A stretch of 64,000 nucleotides of DNA from Candidatus Kapaibacterium sp. (GCA_026996895.1 JALWJX010000028.1:678-64677), one strand, 5' to 3'; shown: positions 50,356 through 60,294, counted from the first letter of the stretch. Translations and numbers: made by a program. Notes: generated by a model from the sequence alone, not told the origin.

Positions 50356-52452
50356 CTAATCCTGTTCCTGATACTGCTGCCGCAGCACCCGCCGCATAAT
50401 TTTGTTCGAAGCAGTCCGGGGCAAGTGCGACAGCAACCGGACATCGGCAATATGGAATAACGGATTGAGCTGCTGGCGGATTGCTTTTTGGAACTGCCGC
50501 TGCCAATACGCTGGATCATCTGAACGCGATTCAACGACGGCAAAAACCACCAACTGCTGGGGTCCCCCTCGCTGCGGCGTAATGCCCACCGCTGCTGTCT
50601 CTCGCACACCTTCCAGTGCGTTGAGCACCCGCTCGATTTCAACGGAACTTACTTTGATCCCCCCCAGATTCATCGTATCATCCGCTCGCCCGTGGGCACG
50701 GTAATACCAGCCAGGCAGCCGTTCCATTTCATCACCGTGCCGACGTAAGACGGGCGGAGCATCCCATTGCGCAAACTGATCTAACACCGGCATCCCAAGG
50801 GCACCTACCATCGCTCCCGTTACCGGCGGTGTTCCGGCAAAATATTCCTGATGGTGATCACGATTCAACAACTGCACCGACAGTCCAATCGTGGGAGGCA
50901 CAATAAAAATTTCTCCTCGATCTGACGGGTTGCCCGAATCATCCAGAATGACAAAATCCATTGCGATCGAAGGCGTGGTAAACGTGGAAGGAACGGCTGG
51001 ATGGACTACTGTCCCCGTGATATAGCCACCCCCAATCTCCGTTCCGCCACAGTATTCGATGACCGGTTTATAGCGCGCCTGGACCATCAGCCAGAAGTAG
51101 TCTTCCGCGTTGGAGGCTTCACCAGTCGAGCTTAACAGCCGTAACCGCTGCCAATCAGCGTTCGCGATAGCGTTTTGTTCCCGCCACCGTTTCACCAGGC
51201 TGGGCACGACCCCCAGCATTGTCACCTGCGCCCGTTCGATAAACTGGCAGAACGCCGCCGTCGCAGGATTGCCATCGTACAGTGCCATTGCTGCCCTGTT
51301 CAGCAGGCTGGCAAAAATCAGCCACGGACCCATCATCCAGCCGAGATTGGTGGGCCAGGCTAACCGATCATCGGGATGGATATCGTGATGGAAAAAGGCA
51401 TCGGCGGCACATCGGAGTGGCGTGGTATGATTCCAGGGAATGGCTTTCGGATCCCCGGTTGTTCCGGACGAAAACAGAATGTTGATCATCGTCATTGGAT
51501 CGGTAATAGCCGGTTCGGGATCTGCTTCGGCAGTTAGAAATTCGTCCCACTGAACATCGCGAGGACGGATCTGCACGCTGCGCGTTTCGTATGGCAACAC
51601 AATAGCGGTTTCCACTGCTGCTTCCACAACTTTATCATACAGCGGCAGTGGTTTTCCACCTCGCACCTGCACATCCTGCGTCACAATAGTCCGGGCACTG
51701 GCAATTGCCATCCGCCGCTGGACTTCAGCCGGCGCCAGGCTATCAGCGATCGAAACCACCACGCCTCCTGCGAGAATGATCCCCAGATACCAGGCAACTG
51801 CCCAGTGGTTCATTGGCATATAAATCGCAATTCTCTCGCCCGGCTGCATCCCCCGCTGCTGCAAAGCAGCAGCAATGCGGCGAGCCCAGTACCACAGCTC
51901 TTCGTAGCTCCACTGCACCGTTTGCCCATCCTCCCGCTCACTGATCAGCGCCAGAGTATCGGGATGTGCCTGGAAGCAGCTTTCCACAATATTCATCTGC
52001 GCTCCGGGCAACCACACCGGCGTTTCCAGTTGCCCCGGTATCGTCACCACTGCCTCTGCTGGTTGTCGGAGACGCACACCGATTTTTTCCAGAAACCACT
52101 GCCAGAAAGCTCGCCGATCCGTCACGCTCCAGCGGTGCAGCGCTTCATAATGCTCAAACCCCAGCTCCGCACAGACCTGCGTAATGTTTGCCCGCTCGAC
52201 CACCGCTGGTGACGGAATCCACACTGGCGCCGGGCGCTGCTGCGCATCCCAGGAGCGAAAGATCCACTGGTGCAGGAGCTGGTGGAGGGCAAAAGGGTAA
52301 GCAGGCGAAAGCTGTCGGGTTAAATGCAACCACTGCTTCTCAGGATCAGCAGATGCTGCCTCCGCTGCTTTAACACTCCGCCAAATTTCATCCTGAACTT
52401 CGGGCGACGCAGCCAGAACATTCGCAATACGCTTCCGTAAATTTTCTGCCAT
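50356..52452 (-). CDS. Acetoacetyl-CoA synthetase-like AMP-forming acyl-CoA ligase
   Basis: ACAS_N-like N-terminal region (PVWIPSP...HRWSVTDRRAFWQWFLEKIGV). AMP-binding motifs (FSSGTTGDPKAI, YCGGTEIGGGY) and the C-terminal lysine region (GRADDTMNLGGIKVSSVEIE). Confidence 0.8.
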   Translation of the reverse strand: MAENLRKRIANVLAASPEVQDEIWRSVKAAEAASADPEKQWLHLTRQLSPAYPFALHQLLHQWIFRSWDAQQRPAPVWIPSPAVVERANITQVCAELGFEHYEALHRWSVTDRRAFWQWFLEKIGVRLRQPAEAVVTIPGQLETPVWLPGAQMNIVESCFQAHPDTLALISEREDGQTVQWSYEELWYWARRIAAALQQRGMQPGERIAIYMPMNHWAVAWYLGIILAGGVVVSIADSLAPAEVQRRMAIASARTIVTQDVQVRGGKPLPLYDKVVEAAVETAIVLPYETRSVQIRPRDVQWDEFLTAEADPEPAITDPMTMINILFSSGTTGDPKAIPWNHTTPLRCAADAFFHHDIHPDDRLAWPTNLGWMMGPWLIFASLLNRAAMALYDGNPATAAFCQFIERAQVTMLGVVPSLVKRWREQNAIANADWQRLRLLSSTGEASNAEDYFWLMVQARYKPVIEYCGGTEIGGGYITGTVVHPAVPSTFTTPSIAMDFVILDDSGNPSDRGEIFIVPPTIGLSVQLLNRDHHQEYFAGTPPVTGAMVGALGMPVLDQFAQWDAPPVLRRHGDEMERLPGWYYRAHGRADDTMNLGGIKVSSVEIERVLNALEGVRETAAVGITPQRGGPQQLVVFAVVESRSDDPAYWQRQFQKAIRQQLNPLFHIADVRLLSHLPRTASNKIMRRVLRQQYQEQD

Positions 52453-52554
52453 TCTTACTGTATCTGCACCTATTCCTACAGCTAATTTATCACGTAAGCG
52501 TTTCTCTGTAAATACAAAATCTAATCTCCAAGATCCGACTTTTAAAGGAACGAT

Positions 52555-52606
52555 AAGAACAATTTTTAAAGTTAGTTACCGTTCCATCTTGGCAAAAATT
52601 GTTCTT
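52555..52606 (+). promoter_or_regulatory. 13-bp perfect inverted repeat AAGAACAATTTTT / AAAAATTGTTCTT flanking a 26-nt spacer, directly upstream of the island ORF
   Basis: 52555..52567 is the exact reverse complement of 52594..52606. It sits in the divergent region between the acyl-CoA ligase gene (minus) and the AT-rich hypothetical gene (plus). Confidence 0.4.
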
Positions 52607-52616
52607 GTCCACAATA

Positions 52617-53600
52617 ATGGAACTGCCAATGCAAAGACAACTCAAAGCCTTATCGGGAGCCTTAATATGGAAAATGCCTACCGACAAACTTCCTGATGAT
52701 AGTCGTTCCCTTTCTTCTATGATTTATCAATCCTTGCGAGAAACTCTTCAACGATCAGAACAATGGCCGGAAGTACCCACTGATAAAGCTGGACAACCTG
52801 CCTTTCATCAGGAAGGTGTTGACATTCGCAATTACCCCGAACTCGATGTTTTCGGATATAATTACTGGAAACATAATCTTTCCTTAAAATTACAAAGGGA
52901 AAGCTTGATACGAATAACAGAGACCCTGAAATTACGTCTTCCAACTGACAGCTCATCACCGTCTGTTATCTCCAGCGACAGCTTGAATTTCCTTTATGCA
53001 TCTTTCGTTGTGGATCTGCATCGACTTGGACGAGATACTTGGACAATCAATAAAGAAAACTCGGAAGCAATATCCTTTCTTCAGCAACGCAATGACATCG
53101 AGTGCTCATCAGAGCAAGACGATAGTATACAATGCAGTTTCTTGCTCCCCGATAAACAGCGTGAGCAGCGACTTCGCGCCGTGCTGAAAGTGCTCCATAC
53201 AGGCATAATTAACTTCGGATCCAGCGAAAGCAATCTAAAAGTTTGGCTGCCGGTTTTTTTACTCCTTTTACCTCTACAAGAACCTCTTCCGGTAGCTGAA
53301 CTTATCAGAGTACGTCTTAATGCGCAAGGACTGTTAGAAATCTCTGGGATCCGGCACGCTTTGTCCAACCACTGGCGATATCCACTTCCAAGCAGCGGAC
53401 GCGATCCATGGACTGGCTACCTCTACGCTGTTCAGGGTCACGTTGCTACTCTGGATAACACTCCTATGGAAAAATTTTCAATTCCCTCGACTTGGTCCAC
53501 TACCTGGAGATTCAAAACTTTCCTCGGTCTGGAATGGGGTGATTGCTTGCACTACTTTGTATCCCCTCTTATAAAGGTGCTGACGCCCCAAAAATCCTAA
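52617..53600 (+). CDS. Hypothetical protein encoded in a low-GC island (no recognisable domain)
   Basis: Open frame with ATG at 52617 (MELPMQRQ...). The ORF track uses the TTG at 52599. The gene and its flanks (about 52453..53663) are visibly AT-richer than the surroundings. No TM segment or signal peptide. Confidence 0.5.
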   Translation: MELPMQRQLKALSGALIWKMPTDKLPDDSRSLSSMIYQSLRETLQRSEQWPEVPTDKAGQPAFHQEGVDIRNYPELDVFGYNYWKHNLSLKLQRESLIRITETLKLRLPTDSSSPSVISSDSLNFLYASFVVDLHRLGRDTWTINKENSEAISFLQQRNDIECSSEQDDSIQCSFLLPDKQREQRLRAVLKVLHTGIINFGSSESNLKVWLPVFLLLLPLQEPLPVAELIRVRLNAQGLLEISGIRHALSNHWRYPLPSSGRDPWTGYLYAVQGHVATLDNTPMEKFSIPSTWSTTWRFKTFLGLEWGDCLHYFVSPLIKVLTPQKS

Positions 53601-53663
53601 AAGTGGTAGACATGAATTGTTACACAAAACGCCTCCAAGTGTTAGCAAAATATTTAATTTTCT

Positions 53664-54479
53664 TTACAACTCCTTGAGCAACGGATACCGATCCAGCAGC
53701 GCTGGATTCCACACGCAGACAAAGCCATTGGTGTGCTTTAAATCCGGGGTGTTATACTGCAGCGGCTGCCCGCGGGACAGCACCATCCCGCCAATGGCAT
53801 TGAGAATTGCATGTCCGGCAGCCGTATCCCACTCCCACACGGGCGAGGCGCGATAGTACAGATCCGCCTGTTTCTCCGCAACCAGACAGAATTTCAACGC
53901 ACTGCCGATACGGCGAATCCCGGTGATGCCTAACTGCTGCAGGACCTGCTCCTCTTCCGGTTTTGCGTGCGACCGACTGCCCACGGCAATGAGCCCATCG
54001 TGGTGCTCCTCAGGCGTTTGTCGCAGCAAATTAACGATCTGCCCGCCCTGTTGCTTCCACGCCCCATACCCCTGTGCTCCCCAGTACATCGTTTGCAAAG
54101 CCGGAGCATAGACCACCCCGGCGACCGGTATTGCCTGATGAAGCAAAGCAATGTTCACCGTGAATTCTCCATTCCGATTGATGAATTCTTTGGTACCATC
54201 CAGCGGATCGACCAGCCAGAAAAAAGACCACTGTTGCCGCTGCTCATAGGGAATGGCCGGCGCCTCTTCGGAAATGATGGGAATTTCGGGGAAATGGGCT
54301 TGCAACTGGTGAAAAATGAGCTGGTGAGAACGTCGATCTGCTACTGTGATGGGTGAATCATCGGATTTTTTCTCCACTTCTACAGTCGCCCTCTGGTACA
54401 CCTCCAGAATCTCCTTCCCCGCTGAACGGGCAATGGTGGTTATGACTTCCAGAATAGCCTGCATCGATACGTCCTGCAT
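53664..54479 (-). CDS. cysQ: 3'(2'),5'-bisphosphate nucleotidase / inositol monophosphatase family protein
   Basis: IMPase signature WLVDPLDGTKEF and downstream conserved metal-binding Asp residues (WEWDTAAGHAIL). Confidence 0.8.
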   Translation of the reverse strand: MQDVSMQAILEVITTIARSAGKEILEVYQRATVEVEKKSDDSPITVADRRSHQLIFHQLQAHFPEIPIISEEAPAIPYEQRQQWSFFWLVDPLDGTKEFINRNGEFTVNIALLHQAIPVAGVVYAPALQTMYWGAQGYGAWKQQGGQIVNLLRQTPEEHHDGLIAVGSRSHAKPEEEQVLQQLGITGIRRIGSALKFCLVAEKQADLYYRASPVWEWDTAAGHAILNAIGGMVLSRGQPLQYNTPDLKHTNGFVCVWNPALLDRYPLLKEL

Positions 54480-54535
54480 CCTTCAGCATCATTTGTAAAC
54501 TTCCAGGGGTTGGAACGAACGAGCGCACCTGACCG

Positions 54536-54621
54536 TGCCCGGGGCGGGACTCGAACCCGCACGGGGAAAACTCCCCACAGGATTTTAAGTCCTGTGCGTC
54601 TACCAATTTCGCCACCCGGGC
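54536..54621 (-). tRNA. tRNA-Leu (anticodon UAA)
   Basis: On the minus strand it reads GCCCGGGTGGCGAAATTGGTAGACGCACAGGACTTAAAATCCTGTGGGGAGTTTTCCCCGTGCGGGTTCGAGTCCCGCCCCGGGCA. It has a 7-bp acceptor stem, anticodon stem CAGGA/TCCTG with loop CTTAAAA (anticodon TAA), a long class II variable arm and a T-loop TTCGAGT. CCA is not encoded. Confidence 0.9.
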
Positions 54622-54805
54622 GCTCACTATGGCATTGCAAAGGTGGTAACGGATAGCCCCGGCTGGAAATTGTGCCGGCTGTCCCTTGATTCTTTGACGC
54701 CCAACGGACACGGGTTCTTTGAATAAACACGATCCGGGACTGTGCCCTTTGTCACCTCCGCCCTGCAACTGGTGTCTACCGGAGATACGCCGGACGGGAA
54801 ACGCT

Positions 54806-55801
54806 TTATGCCTGCTGTCGATTGCGCACCAGTTGTTGCACCAATCGCAGAGCAGCCGCACAACTGGCAGGATTTGCAATCCCTTTGCCAGCTATGTCAT
54901 AAGCAGTGCCGTGGTCTGGCGAGGTTCGAACAAACGGAAGTCCGGCAGTGATGTTCACCGCCTCGCCGTGTGCCAGCAATTTCAAAGGAATGAGTCCCTG
55001 ATCGTGATACAGCGCCAAGGTCGCAGTAAACTGTCGATACCGCTGCTGTCCGAAAAACGCATCGGCAGCGAATGGTCCCTCAACGGCTATACCGTCCTGC
55101 TGTGCCATACGGATAGCGGGAACAATAATCTCCTGCTCTTCCGCTCCCAACAATCCGTTCTCACCAGCGTGTGGGTTCAATCCTAAGACGGCAATGGCGG
55201 GATGCGCATAGGCGAAATCCCGACGCAATGTTGCCGCCAGCAATTGCAACTGGCGGTGCAAAAGAGCAGATGAAATCGCCGTCGCCACTTGCCGCAGCGG
55301 AATATGGATAGTTGCTAAGGCAACGACCAACTGGGGGGACCAAAAGATCATCAGGTACGAAGAAACCTGGAAACGATGGGCAAGCCAGTCCGTCTGTCCT
55401 GCCGCTGAAAACCCTACCTGCGCCAGCGAATGTTTCGATACTGGCAGGGTAACCAGCGCATCCAACTGTCCACGCTCCACCCAATCGGCTGCTGCCTGTA
55501 ACGCATTGTATGCCAGCCGCGCTGCTTGCGGCGTGGGAACGCCAAACTGGACGGGAGCCGCAGGCTCCACGGGCACGATCGCTATCTTGTGCTGTGCGAC
55601 GATCAGATGCGATGCTGTCTGATGCGCAGCAATACTTAACGGCAGCAATTGAAGGGTTTGCCTGAGGGTGTCCGGGTGGACAAATAAGTACCATTCTGCC
55701 TCCTGCTGCGCATCATACTCGGCTATGGCTTTCAGGAAGACTTCTAAGCCAATGCCGTTACAATCACCGCACGTAACGCCAATGCGCAGCTTATTTCCCA
55801 T
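54806..55801 (-). CDS. pdxA: 4-hydroxythreonine-4-phosphate dehydrogenase
   Basis: MGNKLRIGVTCGDCNGIGLEV N-terminus. The conserved PdxA His/Asp metal ligands and the HPHAGENG-like motif (LNPHAGENG) are present. Confidence 0.9.
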   Translation of the reverse strand: MGNKLRIGVTCGDCNGIGLEVFLKAIAEYDAQQEAEWYLFVHPDTLRQTLQLLPLSIAAHQTASHLIVAQHKIAIVPVEPAAPVQFGVPTPQAARLAYNALQAAADWVERGQLDALVTLPVSKHSLAQVGFSAAGQTDWLAHRFQVSSYLMIFWSPQLVVALATIHIPLRQVATAISSALLHRQLQLLAATLRRDFAYAHPAIAVLGLNPHAGENGLLGAEEQEIIVPAIRMAQQDGIAVEGPFAADAFFGQQRYRQFTATLALYHDQGLIPLKLLAHGEAVNITAGLPFVRTSPDHGTAYDIAGKGIANPASCAAALRLVQQLVRNRQQA

Positions 55802-55929
55802 TGGTCTGTACTATCCCCACCTGTTCTCCGAACGCTGCGATCGTTCATAACCTCCAGCCAGATGAAGCGGCGGATTCATTGCTCCCATCCACCCTTTTAC
55901 AGCGCAACAGCCCTGGTTTTGCCTCTCTC

Positions 55930-58008
55930 CTATGGCTTGACGACAAAAGGAATGGAAACGCGACCATCGCGCCATTGCACTTCACACCCGTACCATCCGG
56001 GCTGCAACCGAAACGGGAGCGCAACTGTTGCACTACTGGATGAAAAACGCTGCTGGTGCTGCCACAGCATTCGCCCTGCAAGATCGTACAAACGGAGCTG
56101 CGCGCTGCCAGTCCCTACAGGAACGTTGGCAAGAACCAACTGCTGAAGATGAGGAAAATACTGGATGGTAGGACGGCGTGCCGATTCTTCGACCGCAGCA
56201 ACCTCCGTTACCACCTGCTTCTCACACAGGATTTTGTCCTGCGGATCCAGTTCCACATCATTAACCGCAAAGGGAAGCGTAAAAGAGAACGTCTGCACTT
56301 TCTGATTGTTGAGCACCTTTTTGATGATTTTATCCCCTGCCGCACTCTGGAATTGAATTTCCAGTGGCATCACAAAAACCTCCGGAACCCGCATTCCCAC
56401 CTGAACCTGTCGAATCGTCACCTCGGCTCTGGTTCGATCCTCGCTCAGACTGACGGTCACAGCATACTGCGGATGTCCCGCCTGATATACCCACTGGTCG
56501 AAGAAAGTTGCAAAATCAACGGGAGGATCGGTAATCACATCCTCGAACGCCTGGCGAAAGTCGTCGGTTGCCGCATTGCCATAAGCGTGTTTGGTCAGGT
56601 ACCAGTGAATCGCCTGATAAAAAGCGGAATCCCCAACCAATTGCCGGAGCATATGATAGATCCAGCCGGCTTTGGCATAGGTGGTGGCGTAATTGAACAA
56701 CACCTGCGGTGGCGGATTGTATATGGGAATGGAATTGTTACCCTGCAGATAGGCAGAGCGATGTCGCATCAGTCGCTGGTGATACCCTTCCCAACCGTTC
56801 TGCGCTTCTTCCCACAATGCCTCTCCGTAAGTCGCTCCCCCTTCATTGAGCCAGAGATCCGCCCACGTCTTGCACGTAACTTTATCCCCAAACCACTGGT
56901 GCGCCAACTCATGCGCAATACCCGGATCCTGACCGCGCAACCACACCCGATTGATCGTCGTCATTGTTTGGTGTTCCATTCCACCATAGAAGTACGGTTG
57001 CACCGCTACCATCCCGTACTTTTCAAAGGGATAGTCTCCCAGCCGTTCCTCAAACGCTCGCATCATCGCCCGCACATTGCGAAAGGCAAAGGGAGCATTA
57101 TAATCACCGGCTGCGGTGCCTTCGTAATCGGGGCGCCATACATAGTACTGAATTTCCAGGGAATCGTCGGGATTGCTCACCCGATGGTACCATTCAGACC
57201 AGAAGAAAAACTTCGAGGCATTGGCTACCATCAAGTACGGCGGAATGGGATACTGATGAACCCACACGAAAGTACGGCTGCCATCGGCGTGGTCAATGGT
57301 ATCAACGACAAGTCCATTGGAAGCAGTTAAGAATCCTTCCGGGACCCGAATAGCAATTTCTGCCAGTGCTTTATCGCTCGGCACATCGTTGCACGGGAAC
57401 CAGAAGTGAGCTCCTTCTGGCTCACTCATCGTGTATGCCAGCCGTTCCTCGACCCGCACCGTATCGCCGTTGCGGATACCGACAAACATCCCCTTAGGGA
57501 ACAGGAAAAAGCTTTGATTTGGTGCACCCGTCGTATGGTAGAAAATCCAGACTGCCGCTGTATCCCCTCGATGAAGTACCTTATCGACCGCTGACAAATC
57601 CAGCGTAAACTGTTCATCGGTGATTTCCACCGGATCAGGGTAGCGAACACCATCAATGAACACTGAGTCAATAACCATCTCACCAGCATCAATGGCAATG
57701 CTCGTAACGGTATCCGCCGCTGCCGTAATCAGCATCCGGTTAACGCCATTATAACGGCGATCTTCCGGCAGCACGGTCGTACTACCCAGAGGATTACGCC
57801 AATCCAGAAAGAGTTCATATCGCAGCACATCGTAATTTTTGGGTTCAATCCACGCTGAACGTACCGGCGGTTGCTGCCAGGCTCGCTGGCACAGCTCGCC
57901 CACCGGTGGCTCTGTAAAAATCCAATCTTTGGGAAGCTGCGCAGTAGCAACGGTCACAGCGATACCAAGTAGCCCTATCCAGAACACTTTTCGCACTGTG
58001 TTTTGCAT
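55930..58008 (-). CDS. M1 family aminopeptidase (aminopeptidase N-like) with T9SS C-terminal sorting domain
   Basis: Signal peptide. The GAMEN-like motif GGMEHQ, then HELAHQWFG (HExxH) and LNEGGATY (zinc-binding E). C-terminal CTD (..LRLYDLAGRMLWQ....GWYGCEVQWRDGRVSIPFVVKP). Confidence 0.85.
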   Translation of the reverse strand: MQNTVRKVFWIGLLGIAVTVATAQLPKDWIFTEPPVGELCQRAWQQPPVRSAWIEPKNYDVLRYELFLDWRNPLGSTTVLPEDRRYNGVNRMLITAAADTVTSIAIDAGEMVIDSVFIDGVRYPDPVEITDEQFTLDLSAVDKVLHRGDTAAVWIFYHTTGAPNQSFFLFPKGMFVGIRNGDTVRVEERLAYTMSEPEGAHFWFPCNDVPSDKALAEIAIRVPEGFLTASNGLVVDTIDHADGSRTFVWVHQYPIPPYLMVANASKFFFWSEWYHRVSNPDDSLEIQYYVWRPDYEGTAAGDYNAPFAFRNVRAMMRAFEERLGDYPFEKYGMVAVQPYFYGGMEHQTMTTINRVWLRGQDPGIAHELAHQWFGDKVTCKTWADLWLNEGGATYGEALWEEAQNGWEGYHQRLMRHRSAYLQGNNSIPIYNPPPQVLFNYATTYAKAGWIYHMLRQLVGDSAFYQAIHWYLTKHAYGNAATDDFRQAFEDVITDPPVDFATFFDQWVYQAGHPQYAVTVSLSEDRTRAEVTIRQVQVGMRVPEVFVMPLEIQFQSAAGDKIIKKVLNNQKVQTFSFTLPFAVNDVELDPQDKILCEKQVVTEVAAVEESARRPTIQYFPHLQQLVLANVPVGTGSAQLRLYDLAGRMLWQHQQRFSSSSATVALPFRLQPGWYGCEVQWRDGRVSIPFVVKP

Positions 58009-58015
58009 CTTTTCA

Positions 58016-58558
58016 TTAAATGCTTATGCGCTCCAGTTTCCGCAATTGCCACCCTTCACATTCGACCGATAACGCAGCGCCAATGGCATCGATGCGGATC
58101 ACGAAGCGATTTTTGCCACGTACCTGCACGACTTCTCCCTGAATACCTCGAAAAGGTCCTTCTTCAATTTCAACCCAATCGCCCGGTTGAATCGCACCAC
58201 TATTGGTCACCTCCATCGGTACATTCCCTTCGATGAAGCGCCGAATGGCTTCAATCTGAGATGCCGGGATAAAAGCGGGACGCCCGTTGAACCACACACA
58301 CCGGACAACACCATAAGTCCGAACAGCAGCTTCATAGGATTTTCGATCAACCCGGACAAAGACATAACTACTGAACAGCGGCACCTCTATCCACTTTTTT
58401 CGATCGCTCCACTGCCGCAACTGTCGAATCAGCGGCAAATACGCTTCCAGTCCTCTCTGAAGCAACCGCTGGTATACCTGTTTCTCTGCCCGTGGTTTTG
58501 TATAAAGGGCAATCCACTCAGGTTGTGTCCAGAAAGACCGCTCCACACCGGGCATCAT
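58016..58558 (-). CDS. UpxY-family (NusG-like) transcription antiterminator
   Basis: WIALYTKPRAEKQVYQRLLQRGLEAYLP is the NusG NGN domain signature. A KOW-like C-terminus (GDWVEIEEGPFRGIQGEVVQVRGKNRFVIRI). It lies 7 nt upstream of the M1 peptidase gene. Confidence 0.7.
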   Translation of the reverse strand: MMPGVERSFWTQPEWIALYTKPRAEKQVYQRLLQRGLEAYLPLIRQLRQWSDRKKWIEVPLFSSYVFVRVDRKSYEAAVRTYGVVRCVWFNGRPAFIPASQIEAIRRFIEGNVPMEVTNSGAIQPGDWVEIEEGPFRGIQGEVVQVRGKNRFVIRIDAIGAALSVECEGWQLRKLERISI

Positions 58559-58562
58559 ACCG

Positions 58563-59069
58563 CTACTCTGTAGTCAGCCACTGCAAGATAATTGCCTCCA
58601 GCTTCTCCCCGTCGCCGGGCAATTCTGATATCTGACCCACCACTGTTCCCTGACGGGTGCAGAAGATAGTTGGAAGCTTCTGGATCTGGAATCTGTCCGG
58701 ATCCGGATGTTTATCCTGTGGCGTGCGCATAGAGTAAATCGTCATTGCGGTATCGGGCACCGCAGCATCCAGCAAAATGCGCACAATACGGGGGAAAAGC
58801 TTGGTCGTCCCTTTGCACTGGCATTCAGGCTTGACAAAGAAGGTAAAGTGATGCTCGCCGGGCTGATATGCCTGCGCAATCGCTGCGACCAGTTGCGTAT
58901 CGGGTTCATAGAGACTCATCTCCAGATCGAACCAGGAATACCCCGGCGTTGAGCGCAACTGCTCCAGGGTTAACCTTTGCGCTTCATACTCTGGAGCAAC
59001 CGTCTCCGTACACCGCATCAGGCTGAATATCAGAATAACCCCCAGTGCAAGGAACCACCCCTTTGTCAT
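58563..59069 (-). CDS. Thioredoxin-like lipoprotein (CxC motif)
   Basis: Signal/lipobox-like N-terminus (LALGVILIFSLMRC) and a thioredoxin-fold-like region with CQC. The assignment is weak. Confidence 0.4.
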   Translation of the reverse strand: MTKGWFLALGVILIFSLMRCTETVAPEYEAQRLTLEQLRSTPGYSWFDLEMSLYEPDTQLVAAIAQAYQPGEHHFTFFVKPECQCKGTTKLFPRIVRILLDAAVPDTAMTIYSMRTPQDKHPDPDRFQIQKLPTIFCTRQGTVVGQISELPGDGEKLEAIILQWLTTE

Positions 59070-59083
59070 TTTTCTTACTCCGC

Positions 59084-60250
59084 CTATCCTTGAAACTCTT
59101 TGTACAACTCGCGAGCAATTGTAATATGCTGAATTTCAGACGTTCCTTCGTAGATTTCAGTGATTTTGGCGTCTCGCAGATAGCGCTCAACCAGATATTC
59201 TCGAACGTAGCCATAGCCACCGTGGATCTGGATTGCTTCCAGAGCGGATTCGACTGCCACGCGGGAAGCAAAAAGTTTCGCCATCGCTGCTTCCTTGATA
59301 TAACTTTTGCCCGTGTCCTTATGATATGCCGCTTTGTACGTCAACAACCGCGCAGCCTCAATGTTCGTTGCCATATCGGACAGCTTAAACTGAATTGCCT
59401 GGAAATTGGCAATAGGCTGTCCAAAAGCCTCCCGTTCCTGCGCATATTTCAAAGCAGCCTCAAAAGATGCCTGGGCGATTCCCAGTGCCTGCGCAGCAAT
59501 GCCGATCCGTCCACCATTGAGCGTCTGCATTGCTATCTTAAATCCCTGTCCCACCCCGCCTAACCGGTTGGCATCCGGAACCCGCACGTTGGTAAAGTGA
59601 AGCGAGCATGTATCACTGGAACGAATGCCTAACTTGTCCTCCTTTTTGCCAATTTCAAATCCTTCCATCCCCTTTTCCAGAATGAAAGCAGTAATGCCCC
59701 GATGTCGTTTAGCAGGATCGGTCTGGGCGAAGACCACATAGACATCCGCACTGGATCCATTGGTGATCCAGTTTTTCGTTCCGTTAATAATCCAGTCCTC
59801 CCCATCTCGCACAGCCGTTGTCCGCTGATGCGTTGCGTCCGATCCAGCTTGCGGTTCACTCAGGCAAAAAGCACCCAATTTTTCACCGGTTGCCAGCGGA
59901 CGTAAGTAACGCTCTTTTTGCTCCTCCGTGCCATATTCCTCGATTTCCCAGCACACCAGCGAGTTGTTCACGGACATAATTACTCCAACGCTAGCGTCAA
60001 CTTTGGAAATTTCCTCCATCGCGATGACATAACTGATAGTATCCAGTCCACTGCCGCCCCACTCCGGCGAAACCATCATTCCCATAAATCCCAATTCACC
60101 CAACTTCTTGACGATCTCTGCAGGAAATTCGCCAGTAATATCGCGTTCAACGGCGGATGGAGCAATCTCGTTCTGTGCAAATTCTCGCGCTGTGTCCTGA
60201 ATCATCCGATGGGTTTCTGTCAGAGCAAAACTCAACATCGCTTCGTCCAA
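59084..60250 (-). CDS. Acyl-CoA dehydrogenase (short/branched-chain type)
   Basis: ACAD motifs throughout (..GAFCLSEPQAGSDA.., YKIAMQTLNGGRIGIAAQALGIAQ, catalytic E near the C-terminus in EIYEGTSEIQ). Confidence 0.9.
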   Translation of the reverse strand: MDEAMLSFALTETHRMIQDTAREFAQNEIAPSAVERDITGEFPAEIVKKLGELGFMGMMVSPEWGGSGLDTISYVIAMEEISKVDASVGVIMSVNNSLVCWEIEEYGTEEQKERYLRPLATGEKLGAFCLSEPQAGSDATHQRTTAVRDGEDWIINGTKNWITNGSSADVYVVFAQTDPAKRHRGITAFILEKGMEGFEIGKKEDKLGIRSSDTCSLHFTNVRVPDANRLGGVGQGFKIAMQTLNGGRIGIAAQALGIAQASFEAALKYAQEREAFGQPIANFQAIQFKLSDMATNIEAARLLTYKAAYHKDTGKSYIKEAAMAKLFASRVAVESALEAIQIHGGYGYVREYLVERYLRDAKITEIYEGTSEIQHITIARELYKEFQG

Positions 60251-60294
60251 CCTTACCTGTTCAACAAGACAACTCTATCGAAAGATCGGAGTTT

